Of a stretch of DNA of 64,000 nucleotides, positions 62,041 to 64,000 are shown piece after piece. This DNA is from a virus. Its lineage: Duplodnaviria; Caudoviricetes. The translations under genes and the position numbers were made by a program. Within the stretch, counting starts at the first letter, position 1; the number at the start of each line of letters is the position of its first letter. The stretch is taken from the IMG/VR virus record IMGVR_UViG_3300037483_000750, positions 6,940 to 70,939 of that record. One strand, written 5' to 3'. The notes under the pieces are model-generated. The model did not search any database, was not told the origin of the DNA, and was given only the letters and a program-made list of their open reading frames with translations.

Positions 62041-62289
62041 CTACCACACGTTCGCTACGACGTCCTCGAGCCTGTCCGCTTCGTCTCTCGTGCAGACGGC
62101 GTAGATGCTGGCCACTTCCTCTTCGCCAGCGTAGTCCGGCTTCGCGAACGCCACCGCCGACGCCGGCCTTGCCTGCTTCTTCCGCAGGTCCGCCAACGTC
62201 TCCCGCACCACGCGGGTAACTGATTCGCCCGCTGGCCGGTCGACCGAACCGATATAGACCACAGTCTGGTGGACGAAAGCCGTTGCCAT
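62041..62289 (-). CDS. Early hypothetical protein
   Basis: AAGGAGG RBS. Confidence 0.65.
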   Translation of the reverse strand: MATAFVHQTVVYIGSVDRPAGESVTRVVRETLADLRKKQARPASAVAFAKPDYAGEEEVASIYAVCTRDEADRLEDVVANVW

Positions 62290-62384
62290 GTTGCCTCCTT
62301 GGGCTGGTGCGCCCACCGCCGCTCCCGAGCATCAGCGTTCGGGAACGGAGGGTCGGTGCATCAGGGATTGCTCGGGGCTGGAAG

Positions 62385-62678
62385 TCAGTCGAAATCGCCG
62401 CCGTCTTCCCCGCCCTCGTCCGTGTAGTCCTGAGCAGCTCCGAAGTCATCGAGCATGTCGGTCGCTGGCGGCGGCCAGGTCTTTGGGTCCAGATTATCGA
62501 GTAGCAACTGGCGGTCCATCTCAGCCTCGACATCGAACCGGTCTTCCGGCTCGCGCTCGTCGAACGCCGGGGCGCTGTCGTCCGAAGTCTGGCTTACCAG
62601 TGTCATCGGCTCCATCGCCGCCCGATGGTCAGCGGCTTCGTGCTCTGCCTGCGTCGGGGCCATCCTCGTTCGCTTCAT
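62385..62678 (-). CDS. Highly acidic early protein
   Basis: AAGGAGA RBS; Asp/Glu-rich. Confidence 0.6.
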   Translation of the reverse strand: MKRTRMAPTQAEHEAADHRAAMEPMTLVSQTSDDSAPAFDEREPEDRFDVEAEMDRQLLLDNLDPKTWPPPATDMLDDFGAAQDYTDEGGEDGGDFD

Positions 62679-62746
62679 GGAGAGTCTCCTTCGGGCTGAC
62701 GTGCCCGATGCGAGGTCGGACTTCCGTCCGGCCCCGCCGCAGTCCG

Positions 62747-62977
62747 TCAGCGTCCAAACACCGTCGTAATCTCAAGTTCCGTGCCCGCCGTGCCATACGC
62801 GTACCAGGGTGCTCGCGTGTCCGCGTCATAGGCCAGCTTCCGGCCCCGATCGACGTTCGCCAATGCCTCGTCGTGGGTGTCATAAGGTCCGAGCAGGAAC
62901 CCGCTGCGCTGGCCGTCCTTCACTGAGACGTAGAACTTGAATCCCGCCTCATGCTCCCGTCCGCAATCGCAAGCCAT
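62747..62977 (-). CDS. Early hypothetical protein
   Basis: AGGAGG RBS; MACDCG...LLGPYDTH.EAL. Confidence 0.65.
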   Translation of the reverse strand: MACDCGREHEAGFKFYVSVKDGQRSGFLLGPYDTHDEALANVDRGRKLAYDADTRAPWYAYGTAGTELEITTVFGR

Positions 62978-63042
62978 GTCGGCCTCCTCGGGCTGACTGC
63001 CCGCGCTCAGGCCGGAGGTCGCTCCGGCCCGATGGCTGGTCG

Positions 63043-63285
63043 TCAGCAGGCTCGCAGGTTCTCCGCTCGCCGCTCCATCATCAGGGCGATGCGATGCTTG
63101 CAGATCGTTCCGTTGTAAACGCTGTCCGGGCAATCGCAGGCTCGGATGCTCGTCCGGTACTCCGTCGTCCGGCGCTTCGTCTGCATCAGCCCGAACGCCC
63201 GGTTCACCCGGGCCTCGTCCAGCTGACCGCGTCTCGCCGCCGCCCGGGCTCGGTTGTAGATGCGGAATGCAGTGCTCTTGTCCAT
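63043..63285 (-). CDS. SWIM zinc-finger protein
   Basis: CDCPD......ICKHRIA. Confidence 0.8.
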   Translation of the reverse strand: MDKSTAFRIYNRARAAARRGQLDEARVNRAFGLMQTKRRTTEYRTSIRACDCPDSVYNGTICKHRIALMMERRAENLRAC

Positions 63286-63400
63286 CTCCGTTTCCCTTTC
63301 TCGGGCCCTGATTGCCCGCGCCGCCCGGCGACTCCCTTCATCCTCTCGGATGCAGGTGGTTGACGCATGCCGTTCGCGTGTCGTCGGGCGGGGCCGGAGT

Positions 63401-63580
63401 TCAGGCTTCGTTCGCGTTCCGGATAGCCGCATTCGCGGCACCCGAGACGCTCTTGCCCTGCTCGTACCAGTCACGATAAGGGCAGTCTGGAAGGTCGTAC
63501 GCGCTCAGGCCGATGCGCTGGCTGATGAGGACGTCGACGAGGTGCATCCAACGTTCAAAAGTCGTATTCCGAATGGCCAT
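63401..63580 (-). CDS. Small early phage protein
   Basis: AAGGAGG RBS; DLPDCPYRDWYEQG motif. Confidence 0.65.
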   Translation of the reverse strand: MAIRNTTFERWMHLVDVLISQRIGLSAYDLPDCPYRDWYEQGKSVSGAANAAIRNANEA

Positions 63581-64000
63581 GTTAGGCCTCCTTGATGGGA
63601 TGATGCCCGCATCCCTGCGGCCGACCTGCGCTCGTTGTCGGTCGCAGTGCATCCGGGTATCGCTCCGGTGAGCGTTTTCGCCCAGGTCCGCCGGTCACTC
63701 GTTCGGCCGGTCGGCCTGGGCCTACGTCCCTGACGACAGCGCCAGACCGCCGTCGCACTCCAACCTGCCCGGGGGTCTCCCGTAGGGCTTACGGTCTGAA
63801 CGGAGTATCGCGATTCGGCCTCACGTCTGGCGCTTGCGTCAGGGTCCGACTTTCGTCGGGCCCTGTTGGGTTTCATCTCTGTCTCGCGGGGGGTTCGCCG
63901 GTGGGGGGTGTTCCATGGGCTCGGCCTCGTGGCCCAGCCGCCCGGCTTTCCGCTCTGGTCCTCTGCGCCTGCTGGTCCGTTCGCCTGGTTGTTTGGGGGT

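Larger units (their letters stand above)
55904..63647 (-). repeat. Dispersed start-associated stem-loop element (9 copies)
   Basis: GGGC-N5-7-GCCC-type hairpins just 5' of RBSs at 55904, 60346, 61435, 61988, 62301, 62692, 62989, 63302 and 63597, each preceded by a second hairpin. Confidence 0.75.

Noticed and set aside
55904-63647. CRISPR array or integron attC array
   Set aside because: The elements are short, variable and spaced by whole genes; no constant repeat-spacer period, no attC RYYYAAC/GTTRRRY ends and no integrase.
63505-64000. ORF 63505-63876 and a possible genome terminus
   Set aside because: No RBS or motifs, and it overlaps a better gene; terminal repeats cannot be judged from one window.

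Overview
GC-rich tailed dsDNA phage or prophage segment with a siphovirus-type layout. Almost all real genes lie on the minus strand. Read from right to left: (1) an array of small early genes (about 50.7-63.6 kb) with a RecT-like protein, LuxR HTH, C5 methyltransferase, a frameshifted DUF932 gene and a recurrent stem-loop next to the RBSs; (2) TadG/TadE minor-pilin-like genes, a sortase-like gene and a sortase-substrate-like gene; (3) ParB-domain, N4/N6 methyltransferase and DUF5131 genes; (4) TerS, LAGLIDADG, TerL, GIY-YIG and portal; (5) fibre/beta-helix genes, a gpF-like gene, a protease/scaffold polyprotein and the major capsid protein; (6) a sugar-modification cluster (GT-like, His-type DegT enzyme, SAM methyltransferase, triple-domain glycosyltransferase) plus an initiator-type tRNA and a long hairpin, inserted between head and tail genes; (7) tail genes, with the tail tube fused to an Asp-box beta-propeller; (8) endolysin and holin, then an LCP lipoprotein module with its own promoter. 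A short plus-strand operon (HNH, membrane proteins) occupies the left edge. No integrase, DNA polymerase, CRISPR array or rRNA was seen. A Chloroflexi-like (monoderm) host is my inference from protein style and was not tested. All family calls come from motifs read by eye, not from database searches.
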